Assembly: GCA_040954595.2 (NCBI GenBank)
Contig: CM082592.2
Location: 310,001 to 374,000, forward strand
DNA length: 64,000 nucleotides
DNA from: Balanoglossus misakiensis
Taxonomy: Eukaryota > Animalia > Hemichordata
Direction: 5' to 3'
The notes under the pieces were generated by a model, which saw only the letters and a list, made by a program, of their open reading frames with translations, had not been told where the DNA came from and did no database searches. Position numbers and translations under genes: made by a program. Positions 40,501-53,727 of this stretch are shown in pieces; positions within the stretch are counted from its first letter, which is position 1, and the number at the start of each line of letters is the position of its first letter.

Positions 40501-43500
40501 TGATCAAGTCGGATTTCCTTCGGCCTGGCTCTGCAAAAGACCCGACACTCTAGTACAAAGACGTTGGCTAAGTCGGGCAAACCGAAGAGGGAAAGTCACA
40601 GCGGTTCAACACTTGACATTTGTTCGGGTAGGACTGCATTATTGCCTGTCAATTTATAGAGAGAGCCCGAATTTAACCAGGGCGTTTCAAACACCGACGT
40701 TAGTTGGGGGCACGGTCTGCAGTACTGCCGGGTAAGCTGACATCGGCGTACCGCATATAATGTAGGGGGGGGGGAACAGAACGGTTCAATACTACATTTA
40801 TTAGATATCAGCTAATTTTGGACAATCATCTAAAATCTAAATCATTTTTTCATATTTTGATATCTGATGATGTATGAAATTTCCATTATATGTAAAAATG
40901 GTGCTGATTATAAAAAATGCACTCTGATTTAATACAAAATTGCGTTTTATTCGTTTTTGCACCTAAAAGGTCATTTTTAGGCAAAACATTCTTTATTTTT
41001 TTAATTCGGTGACCTGATCATATATAAAGAATTGCTTGTATGTTAAAATTTTTTATGACTTTTAAAATCAGTGACACTGGCGGCATTCAACACGAAAATA
41101 AACTTTTTAGCCACAATTTGGTCAAAATGGTAAATTTTTGAAAATTACAAAAAATACCTGTTTTCTACATTTTCGGAAATCTGATGGAGTATAGAATGCT
41201 CGTCGTATGTATATATCGATAAAAATTCCACAAAAGACCGTCTAATTTGGCTCACTGCAGACAAAATTGCGTTTTACCAAATTTTCCTTGAAAATGTCAT
41301 TTTTAGAAAAAAAATAAAAAAACCTTTGTTCTTCCAATTTGGTGCCCTTATCATGTATGACATGTTGATTGTATGTTAAAACTTTCGACCACTCCAAAAA
41401 TGCAGAGATATTGACGGAATTCAAGAAAAAATAGCCATTTTGGCCATATTTTGACAAAAATGGTAATTTTTTAAAAAATCATAAAACATTAACTCTTTTC
41501 TTCATTTTCGGAAATATTATGGAGCATGAAGTGCCGTTCTCTTGTAAAAAGTGCTGCAAATTCCAGAAAAGGCGATATAATTTGAATCACCCAAGACAAA
41601 ATTACCATTTTCGACTTTTTTTCGAAAAATTGTCTTTTTTTACAAAATAAATAAGAATAAATTATTTTCTTAGTTTCAAAGGGGTAGAGATACTTTCCAC
41701 ACGGGTTTTCTAACATTGAATTCCCGTTCATCAACTCAGATTTATTACAGCACAAGTCGGCTAAAACCCTGACACTCTAGAGCAGAAACAGTTGCACACT
41801 GGTAACGTTGAACAAGTCGATTTTTTTACGGCCTGGCTCGGCTAAATCTCCGTCACAATACGACAGACACTAGCGTACGTTAGCAATGTTGATCAAGTCA
41901 GATTTCCTACGGCATGGCTTGGCTAAAGCCCCGGCACTCTAGAACAGAAACACGCTTACAGAGACCACGTTGATCAAGTCTGATCTCCTACGGCTTGGCT
42001 CGACTAAAACCCCGGCACACTATGACAGACACTAGCGTTCGTTAGCAATGTTGATCAAGTCAGATTTCCTACGGCATGGCCTGGCTAAAGCCCTGGCACC
42101 CTAGAGCAGAAACACGAGTACAGAGACCACGTTGATCTACTCACATTTCCTTCGGCCTGGCACGGCTGATGCCCCGGCACTATATATAGGACACAGACTG
42201 GCGTAAGTTAACAACGGTAATCACGTCGGGTTTCCTACGGCCTGGCTCAGCTGAATCCCCGGCACTCTAGAGCAGAAACAGGCTTACATTGACCACGTTG
42301 ATCAAGTCAGATTTCCTACGGCGTGACTTGGCTGGTGCACCGGTTCTATATGACACAGACTGGCGTAAGTTATCAACGGTGATTACGTCGGATTTCCTAC
42401 GGCCTGGTTTAGCTGAAACCCCGGCACTTTAGAGCGGAAACACGCGTACATTGACCACGATGATCAAGTCAGATCTCCTACGGCCTCGCTCAACTAAACC
42501 CCGGCACACCATGACAGACACTAGCGTTCGTTAGCAACGGTGATCAAGTCGGATTTCCTTCGGCCTGGCTCTGCAAAAGACCCGACACTCTAGTACAAAG
42601 ACGTTGGCTAAGTCGGGCAAACCGAAGAGGGAAAGTCACAGCGGGTCAACACTCGACATTTGTTCGGGTAGGACTGCATTATTGCCTGTCAATTTATAGA
42701 GAAAGCCCGAATTTAACCAGGGCGTTCAAACACCGACGTTAGTTGGGGGCACGGCCTGCAGTACTGCCGGGTAAGCTGACATCGGCGTACCGCATATAAT
42801 GTAGGGGGGGGGGGGGGAACAGAACGGTTCAATACTACATTTATTAGATATCAGCTAATTTTGGACAATCATCTTAAATCTAAATCATTTTTTCATATTT
42901 GGATATCTGATGATGTATGAAATTTCCATTATATATAAAAATGGTGCTGATTATAAAAAATGCACTCTGAATGAGCTGATTTAATACAAAATTGCGTTTT
43001 ATTCGTTTTTGCACCAAAAAGGTCATTTTTAGGCAAAACATTCTTTATTTTTTTTTTAATTCGGTGACCTGATCATATATAAACAATTGCTTGTATGTTA
43101 AAAGTTTTTATGACTTTTAAAAGCAGTGACACTGGCGGCATTCAACACGAAAATAACAATTTTAGCCATAATTTGGTCAAAATGGTAAATTTTTGAAAAT
43201 TACAAAAAATACCTGTTTTCTACATTTTCGGAAATCTGATGGAGTATAGAATGCTCTTCGTATGTATATATCGATACAAATTCCACAAAAGACAATCTAA
43301 TTTGGCTCACTGCAGACAAAATTGCGTTTTACCAAATTTTACTTGAAAATGTCATTTTTAGAAAAAAAACTAAAAAAACCTTTGTTATTCGAATTTGGTG
43401 CCCAGATCAAATATGACATGTTGATTGTATGTTAAAACTTTCGACCACTCCAAAAATGCAGAGATATTGACGGAATTCAAGAAAAAATAGCCATTTTGGC

Positions 43501-46500
43501 CATATTTTGAGAAAAATGGTAAATTTTTAAAAAATCATAAAAAATAACTCTTTTCTTCATTTTCCGAAATATTATGGAGCATGAAGTGTCGTTCTCTTGT
43601 AAAAAGTGCTGCAAATTCCAGAAAAGGCGGTATAATTTGAATCACCCAAAACAAAGTTACCATTTTCGACTTTTTTTCGAAATATTGTGTTTTTTACAAA
43701 ATAAATAAGAATAAATTCTTTTCTTAGTTTCAAACGGGTAGAGATACTTTCCACACGGGTTTTCTAACAATGAATTCCCTTTAATCAACTCAGATTTCCT
43801 ACAGCATAAGTCGGCTAAAACCCTGACACTCTAGAGCAGAAACAGTTGCACACTGGTAACGTTGAACAAGTCGATTTTTCTACGGCCTGGCTCGGCTAAA
43901 TCTCCGTCACATTATGACAGACACTAGCGTACGTTAGCAACGGTGATCAAGTCAGATTTTCTACGGCATGGCTTGGATAAAGCCCCAGCACTCTAGAGCA
44001 GAAACACGCGTACAGAGACCACGTTGATCAAGTCTGATCTCCTACGGCTTGGCCCGACTAAAACCCCGGCACACTATGACAGACACTAGCGTTCGTTAGC
44101 AACGTTGATCAAGTCAGATTTCCTACGGCATGGCTTGGCTAAAGCCCTGGCACTCTAGAGCAGAAACACGCGTACAGAGACCACGATGATCTACTCACAT
44201 TTCCTTCGGCCTGGCACGGCTGATGCCCCGGCACTATATATAGGACACAGACTGGCGTAAGTTAACAACGGTAATCACGTCGGGTTTCCTTCGGCCTGGC
44301 TCAGCTGAAGCCCCGGCACTCTAGAGCAGAAACAGGCGTACATTGACCACGTTGATCAAGTCAGATTTCCTACGGCGTGACTCGGCTGGTGCACCGGCTC
44401 TATATGATACAGACTGGAGTAAGTTATCAACGGTGATTACGTCGGATTTCCTACGGCCTGGTTTAGCTGAAGCCCCGGCACTTTAGAGCGGAAACACGCG
44501 TACATTGACCACGATGATCAAGTCAGATCTCCTACGGCCTGGCTCGACTAAAACCCCGGCACACCATGACAGACAATAGCGTTCGTTAGCAACGGTGATC
44601 AAGTCGGATTTCCTTCGGCCTGGCTCTGCAAAAGACCCGACACTCTAGTACAAAGACGTTGGCTAAGTCGGGCAAACCGAAGAGGGAAAGTCACAGCGGG
44701 TCAACACTCGACATTTGTTCGGGTAGGACTGCATTATTGCCTGTCAATTTATAGAGAAAGCCCGAATTTAACCAGTGCGTTCAAACACCGACGTTAGTTG
44801 GGGGCACGGCCTGCAGTACTGCCGGGTAAGCTGACATCGGCGTACCGCATATAATGTAGGGGGGGGGGGGAACAGAACGGTTCAATACTACATTTATTAG
44901 ATATCAGCTAATTTTGGACAATCATCTTAAATCTAAATCATTTTTTCATATTTGGATATCTGATGATGTATGAAATTTCCATTATATGTAAAAATGGTGC
45001 TGATTATAAAAAATGCACTCTGAATGAGCTGATTTAATACAAAATTGCGTTTTATTCGTTTTTGCACCAAAAAGATCATTTTTAGGCAAAACATTCTTTA
45101 TTTTTTTTTAATTCGGTGACCTGATCATATATAAACAATTGCTTGTATGTTAAAAGTTTTTATGACTTTTAAAATCAGTGACACTGGCGGCATTCAACAC
45201 GAAAATAACAATTTTAGCCATAATTTGGTCAAAATGGTAAATTTTTGAAAATTACAAAAAATACCTGTTTTCTACATTTTCGGAAATCTGATGCAGTATA
45301 GAATGCTCTTCGTATGTATATATCGATACAAATTCCACAAAAGACAATCTAATTTGGCTCACTGCAGACAAAATTGCGTTTTACCAAATTTTACTTGAAA
45401 ATGTCATTTTTAGAAAAAAAACTAAAAAAACCTTTGTTATTCGAATTTGGTGCCCAGATCAAATATGACATGTTGATTGTATGTTAAAACTTTCGACCAC
45501 TCCAAAAATGCAGAGATATTGACGGAATTCAAGAAAAAATAGCCATTTTGGCCATATTTTGAGAAAAATGGTAAATTTTTAAAAAATCATAAAAAATAAC
45601 TCTTTTCTTCATTTTCCGAAATATTATGGAGCATGAAGTGTCGTTCTCTTGTAAAAAGTGCTGCAAATTCCAGAAAAGGCGGTATAATTTGAATCACCCA
45701 AAACAAAGTTACCATTTTCGACTTTTTTTCGAAAAATTGTGTTTTTTACAAAATAAATAAGAATAAATTCTTTTCTTAGTTTCAAACGGGTAGAGATACT
45801 TTCCACACGGGTTTTCTAACAATGAATTCCCTTTAATCAACTCAGATTTCCTACAGCATAAGTCGGCTAAAACCCTGACACTCTAGAGCAGAAACAGTTG
45901 CACACTGGTAACGTTGAACAAGTCGATTTTTCTACGGCCTGGCTCGGCTAAATCTCCGTCACATTATGACAGACACTAGCGTACGTTAGCAACGGTGATC
46001 AAGTCAGATTTTCTACGGCATGGCTTGGATAAAGCCCCGGCACTCTAGAGCAGAAACACGCGTACAGAGACCACGTTGATCAAGTCTGATCTCCTACGGC
46101 TTGGCCCGACTAAAACCCCGGCACACTATGACAGACACTAGCGTTCGTTAGCAACGTTGATCAAGTCAGATTTCCTACGGCATGGCTTGGCTGAAGCCCT
46201 GGCACTCTAGAGCAGAAACACGCGTACAGAGACCACGATGATCTACTCACATTTCCTTCGGCCTGGCACGGCTGATGCCCCGGCACTATATATAGGACAC
46301 AGACTGGCGTAAGTTAACAACGGTAATCACGTCGGGTTTCCTTCGGCCTGGCTCAGCTGAAGCCCCGGCACTCTAGAGCAGAAACAGGCGTACATTGACC
46401 ACGTTGATCAAGTCAGATTTCCTACGGCGTGACTCGGCTGGTGCACCGGCTCTATATGATACAGACTGGAGTAAGTTATCAACGGTGATTACGTCGGATT

Positions 46501-47642
46501 TCCTACGGCCTGGTTTAGCTGAAGCCCCGGCACTTTAGAGCGGAAACACGCGTACATTGACCACGATGATCAAGTCAGATCTCCTACGGCCTGGCTCGAC
46601 TAAAACCCCGGCACACCATGACAGACAATAGCGTTCGTTAGCAACGGTGATCAAGTCGGATTTCCTTCGGCCTGGCTCTGCAAAAGACCCGACACTCTAG
46701 TACAAAGACGTCGGCTAAGTCGGGCAAACCGAAGAGGGAAAGTCACAGCGTGTCAACACTCGACATTTGTTCGGGTAGGACTGCATTATTGCCTGTCAAT
46801 TTATAGAGAAAGCCCGAATTTAACCAGGGCGTTTCAAACACCGACGTTAGTTGGGGGCACGGCCTGCAGTACTGCCGGGTAAGCTGACATCGGCGTACCG
46901 CATATAATGTAGGGGGGGGGGGGGGACAGAACGGTTCAATACTACATTTGTTAGATATCAGCTAATTTTGGACAATCATCTAAAATCTAAATCATTTTTT
47001 CATATTTGGATATCTGATGATGTATGAAATTTCCATTATATGTAAAAATGGTGCTGATTATAAAAAATGCACTCTGATTTAATACAAAATTACGTTTTAT
47101 TCGTTTTTGCACATAAAAGGTCATTTTTAGGCAAAACATTCTTTATTTTTTTAATTCGGTGACCTGATCATATATAAATAATTGCTTGTATGTTAAAAGT
47201 TTTTATGACTTTTAAAATCAGTGACATTGGCGGCATTCAACACGAAAATAAACATTTTAGCCACAATTTGGTCAAAATGGTAAATTTTTGAAAATTACAA
47301 AAAATACCTGTTTTCTACATTTTCGGAAATCTGATGGAGTAAAGAATGCTCGTCGTATGTATATATCGATACAAATTCCACAAAAGACCGTCTAATTTGG
47401 CTCACTGCAGACAAAATTGCGTTTTACCAAATTTTCCTTGAAAATGTCATTTTTAGAAAAAAAATAAAAAAACCTTTGTTCTTCAAATGTGGTGCCCTGA
47501 TCATATATGACATGTTGATTGTATGTTAAAACTTTCGACCACTCCAAAAATGCAGAGATATTGACGGAATTCAAGAAAAAAAAGCCATTTTGGCCATATT
47601 TTGACAAAAAATGGTAAATTTTTAAAAAATCATAAAAAATAA

Positions 47643-47904
47643 GCACGATTATAATCACTATTATAATCGCATTTATAGACATGCTTCTTAGTGATCAAGT
47701 TTTACAGTTTTCTATGATCCGACAGGGAGGTTTACAGCACTTTAGTCTCCGGGGGGAGACACTTCATGGAAGAGCAACTTCATTTTCCCGCCTTGTCAAT
47801 ATTTGCATTTTCCTATAGGGGGGGAGTCAATACTAGGAACAGCCTTTTCCATTTTACAGCCGTGACTTCAAGACAACGAGCTGGTTCATCTCCTCGAATT
47901 TTCA
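47643..47904 (+). repeat. Ngaro repeat A1 (262 bp)
   Basis: GCACGATTATAATC...CTCGAATTTTCA, repeated at 52912-53173. Confidence 0.93.
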
Positions 47905-48856
47905 TTTTTTCTTCGATTTTTCAGGCAAGTGCCAATTTCCTACCATTCATAAGGTTTTTGTAGAGAATTGCATATAGCATTGGCGGTAAATGCTAAGGCT
48001 ATTTTCTTTTTTACGAAGTAGTTGTCGGTATATATGTTATTCAATATTTCATAGTAGCTTTCATTTAACGCCGTTTCACAGTTTTGCATCCCGAGTTGTA
48101 ATTACATTTTATGGTATAGTTTTACAAGCCCCACATTGGTATATTACGGCGTCCGTTTTTACCTTTTTCCAAGGTTTTCATCTACGTGGTTTATTTTCAT
48201 TTTACATTACATTACGCACTTTCTTATCTCAAATTTTGAGACTTGGTTATTACATCTAGATTTTACATTGTACGAGTGCAACATGATACAAGTGAAGGTA
48301 TCTTTACTCGCCAGAAATTATCGGGTGATACAAATGATAGTCTTTTTCATAGAAAAGACGTTTACTTTTTATTTTAATTTGTCTCTGTCAGGATTTATTG
48401 TTGGGATCATTTATAAATCAGTGCTTGCATCTTTTCACGGTGCAATTCCCGCCTGACGGGTCACATGATCAATTTTAGCAGGTTTATTTTGCTACTTTGT
48501 TTGACTTTTCCCGCCGAACCATTACCTCGGGTCGTGACATTCTGGCAATTTTATCGTTACCCATTGGTGGTTTTGCTATGCATGTCACAAGTATTATACA
48601 TCACTTTTCTCGGTAACCATATCATATGGTGGCCATTTATAAGGTGTTTTCCTTTTTCACGTTCATTAACTCACAATACCCTTTATTAGAAGGGTTGTTT
48701 TTCTGAGGAGTATATTGCTGAGTGATAGTTTATTTTACATTTTACAGATTTTATTGGCACTCCTACATAGCTATGTTGTTCGATTATTTTAGCCAATAGG
48801 GGCATATAATTTTTAGCACACTTTACTTGTACTTAATATTTAAATTCATTAACAGC

Positions 48857-50032
48857 ATGCCATCGAAGCGGAAAGCTACTTCGAAGGGCAAGACAATTTT
48901 GCCTAAGCGCAAGGCCACGTCATCAAGTGCTGAGGTACCAACCCAGGCAGGTTCACAACAGGGAGAACAGCCGGCCGCAAGTTCAACCATCGACCCAGAT
49001 GCGTTAGCTACCTCAATATCTCAGGCAGTCGTCAAGAGTATTATAGAAGCCGGCCTTTTTCCCGCTGCAAGCCCACCTACAGCGACAGCCACCGCATCTT
49101 CATCAGTCGCCAATCAAGTCATCCATGACATTACTGGTCCAGAGGTGCAAGTTGATTCGTTACCACAAGGTCAGGTCCAGGATGAACCTGCATGTCAGGT
49201 TAATCTAACACCTACTATTCAGGGGTCTGAGACAGAGCGTCAACCTACCACACTGTTTGCAAGCCAATCCATGCCCTTGGTTACAAGGGTGTCGGATAAG
49301 GTTAAGGCTAAAATCTGGGCAGGTGATTACATCGATTTCGCGTCTTTGCTCATCAATCCCTCCCTGCGTGATGGTAAATACACCGTTGCTTTATATGATA
49401 GTGTTGGTAGGCCTCAGCTATGTCTAGAGCCCGTTGCTAGTGCTAAGAAAATTACTTACATTGAGCAGTGGATTTCAGCTTTTAACATCTTTGTAGCTGT
49501 GTACACATTGAGAAAGCCTGAAGACATTGCAGGCCTTTTGAAGTATGGGGAAGTGGTGCGGGATCTAGCTGCCAAAAAAGCGGGCTGGAAGTTTTACGAT
49601 GAGCAGTTTCGCTTTATGAAGCAGTCGACTCCTGTTCCTTGGGACCAGATTCACTGGGAGTTGTGGTTACAGGCCATACATAGGGTTAAGAATTGGTCTT
49701 CTGATCGGAGTGCCCCCATGTCTAGCAGTAACAGTTCCCTTTCGGGTTTCTCCAGTACGTCCTTTCCGAAAGGGGTTTGTTGGCGTTTTCACTCGGGAAA
49801 GTTCTGCCCTGGATGTCGCTTCGACCACAAGTGCTTTAAGTGCGGGGCAAACCATCCCATTTCTATGTGTAGTGTCAAAAGCTCATCTAGTCTCAGCAGT
49901 GGGGAAGGAGTCCATCAGCCCTTTCACTCTGGAAAAGGAGGAGGTCCCTACCACGCTCCCAGAGCTTCCGTGGTGTCCAAACAGCCCTCCGTTGCCAATA
50001 ATAGTGTCACCAGTAAAGGTTCAAGTTCTTAG
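48857..50032 (+). CDS. Ngaro gag-like protein with C-terminal Cys/His knuckles
   Basis: ATG at 48857 (MPSKRK..). Motifs KIWAGDYIDF, W..YDEQFR and CWRFHSGKFCPGCRFDHKCFKCGANHPISMC. Confidence 0.85.
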   Translation: MPSKRKATSKGKTILPKRKATSSSAEVPTQAGSQQGEQPAASSTIDPDALATSISQAVVKSIIEAGLFPAASPPTATATASSSVANQVIHDITGPEVQVDSLPQGQVQDEPACQVNLTPTIQGSETERQPTTLFASQSMPLVTRVSDKVKAKIWAGDYIDFASLLINPSLRDGKYTVALYDSVGRPQLCLEPVASAKKITYIEQWISAFNIFVAVYTLRKPEDIAGLLKYGEVVRDLAAKKAGWKFYDEQFRFMKQSTPVPWDQIHWELWLQAIHRVKNWSSDRSAPMSSSNSSLSGFSSTSFPKGVCWRFHSGKFCPGCRFDHKCFKCGANHPISMCSVKSSSSLSSGEGVHQPFHSGKGGGPYHAPRASVVSKQPSVANNSVTSKGSSS

Positions 50033-51581
50033 GCAGTTGATACACGGCTACGACAAGGGCAAGGCGGCTTATTTGTTGGCAGGTTTTTCACATGGTTTTT
50101 CAATAAATTACTGGGGTCATAGGGGCGGGGGGTCATCCCCTAATTTGAAGTCTGCACTTGACAATCCTGAAGCAGTTAGGGCCATGCTTACTTCTGAGGT
50201 ACATGCAGGCAGGGTCGCAGGGCCCTTTCGTTCACCACCTTTTCCCAACTTCCACATTTCCCCATTGGGTCTTGTTCCCAAAAAACAGGCCGGTAAGTTT
50301 CGGTTTATTCACCACCTTTCTTTTCCTCCGGGGTCATCAGTTAATGACGGTATTCCTCATGAGTTGGCAACTGTTCAGTATGCCACCATTGATGATGCAG
50401 TTCGGATCATTTTGAGGTTGGGCCCAGAATGTTTTTTGGCTAAGACTGACATCAAGTCAGCATTTAGAATCATACCAGTGGCACCTCAGGATCATTGCTT
50501 GTTGGGTTTCAAATGGGATGGGTGTTTCTTCTTTGATAGATGTCTGCCTATGGGGTGTTCGTCGTCCTGTCGCATTTTTGAACAGTTTAGTACTGCATTA
50601 GAGTGGATGTCTCATCAGGTTGCAGGCGTGGAGGCTGTTATTCACATTCTAGACGATTTCCTTTTTCTGGCTAGTAACAAAGAACGGTGTTCAGCGGATC
50701 TACAGACATTCCTAGGTTTTTGTGCAGAGCTGGGGGTTCCTATTGCTCAGGATAAGACCATGGGGCCCAGTACTACTTTGGTTTTCGCAGGTATCGAATT
50801 AGACACTGTATTAGGAGAATCTAGGCTCCCAGAGGATAAATTGTTTCGGTGCCGCAATTTGATCAATTCCTTTTTGTCTAGAAGAAAGGTTAGGCTACAG
50901 GAAATTCAGTCATTGGTTGGGACCTTAAATTTTGCTTGTTTGGTGGTGCTCCCAGGACGGGCATTTTTACGTAGGTTGATCGATTTAACAAAAGGGGTCA
51001 AGAAGTCGCACTTCTTTTTACGTCTGACCAGAGAGGTTAAAGCAGACCTCCTAGTGTGGAAACAGTTCCTAGACCATTACAACGGGAAGTCGTTTTTTAT
51101 GGAGGATCGGTGGCATTCATCCGACTCACTTCGTTTGTTCACAGATGCAGCTGGGTCTCTTGGGTATGGTGGCATTTTTGGTTCTCACTGGTTCTTTGGA
51201 GAGTGGCCTACTAGTTGGCATGCAATAAATATCGCAGTCCTGGAGTTATTCCCTATCATGCTGGCGTTAGAGGTTTGGGGACAAAAGCTATGTAACAAAC
51301 GTGTGATGTTCTACACTGATAATGAGGCCTTGGTGTCAGTCTTGAATAAACAAACAGCGAAGGACAGGGACCTTATGATTTTGGTTCGACGGATTGTGCT
51401 CACTAGCCTTCAGTACAACATTCTTTTTCGAGCTAAACATATTCCTGGTAAGCATAACATTTTGGCAGACTATCTTTCCCGCTTGCAGGTAGGCCAGTTC
51501 AAGTTTGCATCTCGGGGCATGGATACCTATCCGACTCCAGTGCCGTCTCAGTTGCTACCTATACATTGGACATGGAAGTAG
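49710..51581 (+). CDS. Ngaro reverse transcriptase / DIRS-type RNase H
   Basis: Motifs SPLGLVPKK, KFRFIHHLS, KTDIKSAFR, LPMG, HILDDF and the RNase H signature FTDAAG...TDN...HIPGKHNILADYLSR. The frame is open; the true start is uncertain because it overlaps gag. Confidence 0.93.
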   Translation: MPPCLAVTVPFRVSPVRPFRKGFVGVFTRESSALDVASTTSALSAGQTIPFLCVVSKAHLVSAVGKESISPFTLEKEEVPTTLPELPWCPNSPPLPIIVSPVKVQVLRQLIHGYDKGKAAYLLAGFSHGFSINYWGHRGGGSSPNLKSALDNPEAVRAMLTSEVHAGRVAGPFRSPPFPNFHISPLGLVPKKQAGKFRFIHHLSFPPGSSVNDGIPHELATVQYATIDDAVRIILRLGPECFLAKTDIKSAFRIIPVAPQDHCLLGFKWDGCFFFDRCLPMGCSSSCRIFEQFSTALEWMSHQVAGVEAVIHILDDFLFLASNKERCSADLQTFLGFCAELGVPIAQDKTMGPSTTLVFAGIELDTVLGESRLPEDKLFRCRNLINSFLSRRKVRLQEIQSLVGTLNFACLVVLPGRAFLRRLIDLTKGVKKSHFFLRLTREVKADLLVWKQFLDHYNGKSFFMEDRWHSSDSLRLFTDAAGSLGYGGIFGSHWFFGEWPTSWHAINIAVLELFPIMLALEVWGQKLCNKRVMFYTDNEALVSVLNKQTAKDRDLMILVRRIVLTSLQYNILFRAKHIPGKHNILADYLSRLQVGQFKFASRGMDTYPTPVPSQLLPIHWTWK

Positions 51582-52493
51582 GCAGACTTCTGCAGCAGGC
51601 TCTTCACAGTTCTTCCAGGTCAACCTATCAGCGTGCTTGGAGAGTTCTTACCCAGTTCATGGGTAGCCAGTTAGGGGTGCATTGTCCATCTCTGCCGCTT
51701 TCAGAATCCTCGGTCACATTGTTTATTGGTCACCTCTCTAGGCAACACCTTGCCCCATCCACTGTTTCTACCTATTTGTCAGCCATTAGCTACGTTCATA
51801 AACTTGCAGGCTTGCAGGACCCTACTAAGTCCTTTTTGGTTCACAAATTGGTCCAGTCATACCGTAAGCTGGTGCATCAACGAGATGATCGTCTCCCTAT
51901 CACTAGGGATATCCTACTTCGTCTGATTAAGGCCATTCCAAATGTGGTCACATCTGTTTATCAGCGTTCTCTTTTTAAGGCTATGTTCTTATCAGCCTTC
52001 TATGGGTTCCTCAGGATTGGGGAATTCACAGTTCGGAATAGGTTTGATGTTGGAAAAGCCATTCTTTTCCACCAGTTGGAGTTTCAGGTTAGCGCAGGTT
52101 TGCCACAGTCAGCAACTGTGTCCTTATCCAATTTTAAGCACAGTAAACCAGGCGATGTGTTTGTTATCAAATTTCAGAAGGTTCTTAGGTCCGACTTGTG
52201 TCCGGTTCAGGCATTGTGGGAATTTAGTCGTTTGAGGGGGAGTGAGCCTGGCCCTCTTTTCTGCATGCCAGGGCCGTTAGGCATAGGACGGGGAGATTTC
52301 ACGGCACAGCTTAGGCGTTCGCTCACTTTTTGCGGCTTTGAGGTAGACAGGTTCAAGGGACATAGCTTTAGGATAGGAGCAGCCTCTCAAGCTGCTAAAG
52401 ACGGGTTGTCTGATGCACAGATACGCGCCTTTAATAGGCAGGTGGAGGTCAGATGCTTTTAAGGGGTACATTAGGCAACCAGCATCTTGGTAA
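51572..52493 (+). pseudogene. Ngaro tyrosine recombinase, frameshifted just before the catalytic W/Y motif
   Basis: FYGFLRIGE, LCPV and GHSFRIGAAS are in frame. LIGRWRSDAFKGYIRQPASW* (stop at 52491-52493) lies in another frame after ~52430. Confidence 0.88.
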
Positions 52494-52603
52494 CCAATTT
52501 TTAGGCTTATGGCTATCAAGAGCAGGGGATGGTGTTTTTAGGGTCCTTCCCTGGGGTGGTCTGGTCATTTTGGGTGGGGCGGCCACACCAGGGTGTGGCT
52601 TAT

Positions 52604-53603
52604 GGCGTTTTTAGGCCCACACCTTTGTGGGAGATTCTTTATGTACCTATTTTACAGTGTTTAGTGTTATGTTAATTTTCCTCGCCAGTTGACCTTTGAC
52701 CTATACCTACCTTGTTGAGGTTTTTGCTGTTTTATTGAGGCAGGCAACTGGCGAGGAATTTTTCATCATCTTTACACATTGTTAACTTTGCAATAAAGGG
52801 TCAATATCTCTTGGCCATTTTTCGCCAATTCTGGTTGTGTCGTGTTTTTGTATCTCCCACAAACAGAGCAAAATGACCAGTACAGGTCTATTCTGGTGCA
52901 GGGATATAAAAGCACGATTATAATCACTATTATAATCGCATTTATAGACATGCTTCTTAGTGATCAAGTTTTACAGTTTTCTATGATCCGACAGGGAGGT
53001 TTACAGCACTTTAGTCTCCGGGGGGAGACACTTCATGGAAGAGCAACTTCATTTTCCCGCCTTGTCAATATTTGCATTTTCCTATAGGGGGGGAGTCAAT
53101 ACTAGGAACAGCCTTTTCCATTTTACAGCCGTGACTTCAAGACAACGAGCTGGTTCATCTCCTCGAATTTTCACTCCCACCGCCTCCCCATCTACCTCCC
53201 CTACCTAGGTCGTATGGGACGGAGGTATATGTATTTTAGAGCTTACATGGACTTTGTATCTTTACTTATCTCATTGTCGCATTCGATTGTAGTTGTTAGA
53301 GGCGTTTTTAGGCCCACACCTTTGTGGGAGATTCTTTATGTACCTATTTTACAGTGTTTAGTGTTATGTTAATTTTCCTCGCCAGTTGACCTTTGACCTA
53401 TACCTACCTTGTTGAGGTTTTTGCTGTTTTATTGAGGCAGGCAACTGGCGAGGAATTTTTCATCATCTTTACACATTGTTAACTTTGCAATAAAGGGTCA
53501 ATATCTCTTGGCCATTTTTCGCCAATTCTGGTTGTGTCGTGTTGTCTCCCACAAACAGAGCAAAATGACCAGTACAGGTCTATTCTGGTGCAGGGATATA
53601 AAA
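52604..53603 (+). repeat. Ngaro 3' repeats B1 (52604-52911), A2 (52912-53173), unique spacer (53174-53300) and B2 (53301-53603)
   Basis: GGCGTTTTTAGGCCCACACC...GGGATATAAAA occurs twice. B1 directly abuts A2. Confidence 0.93.
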
Positions 53604-53727
53604 CTCTTTTCTTCATTTTCGGAAATATTATGGAGCATGAAGTGTCGTTCTCTTGTAAAAAGTGCTGCAAATTCCAGAAAAGGCGGTATAATTTGAATCA
53701 CCCAAGACAAAATTACCATTTTCGACT

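Larger units (their letters stand above)
47643..53603 (+). mobile_element. Ngaro-type (DIRS order) tyrosine-recombinase retrotransposon with split direct repeats A1-ORFs-B1-A2-B2
   Basis: Three overlapping ORFs (gag, RT/RNase H, YR). Repeats are A1 47643-47904, B1 52604-52911, A2 52912-53173 and B2 53301-53603. No TSD; inserted at AAAATAA|CTCTTTTC. Confidence 0.95.

Noticed and set aside
47905-48856. Short hydrophobic ORFs in the Ngaro leader
   Set aside because: T-rich untranslated (possibly intronic) sequence gives F/L/I-rich spurious frames with no motifs.
51566-52462. Phage integrase or prokaryotic mobile element
   Set aside because: It is the YR ORF of a Ngaro retroelement, overlapping RT/RNase H and bounded by split direct repeats.
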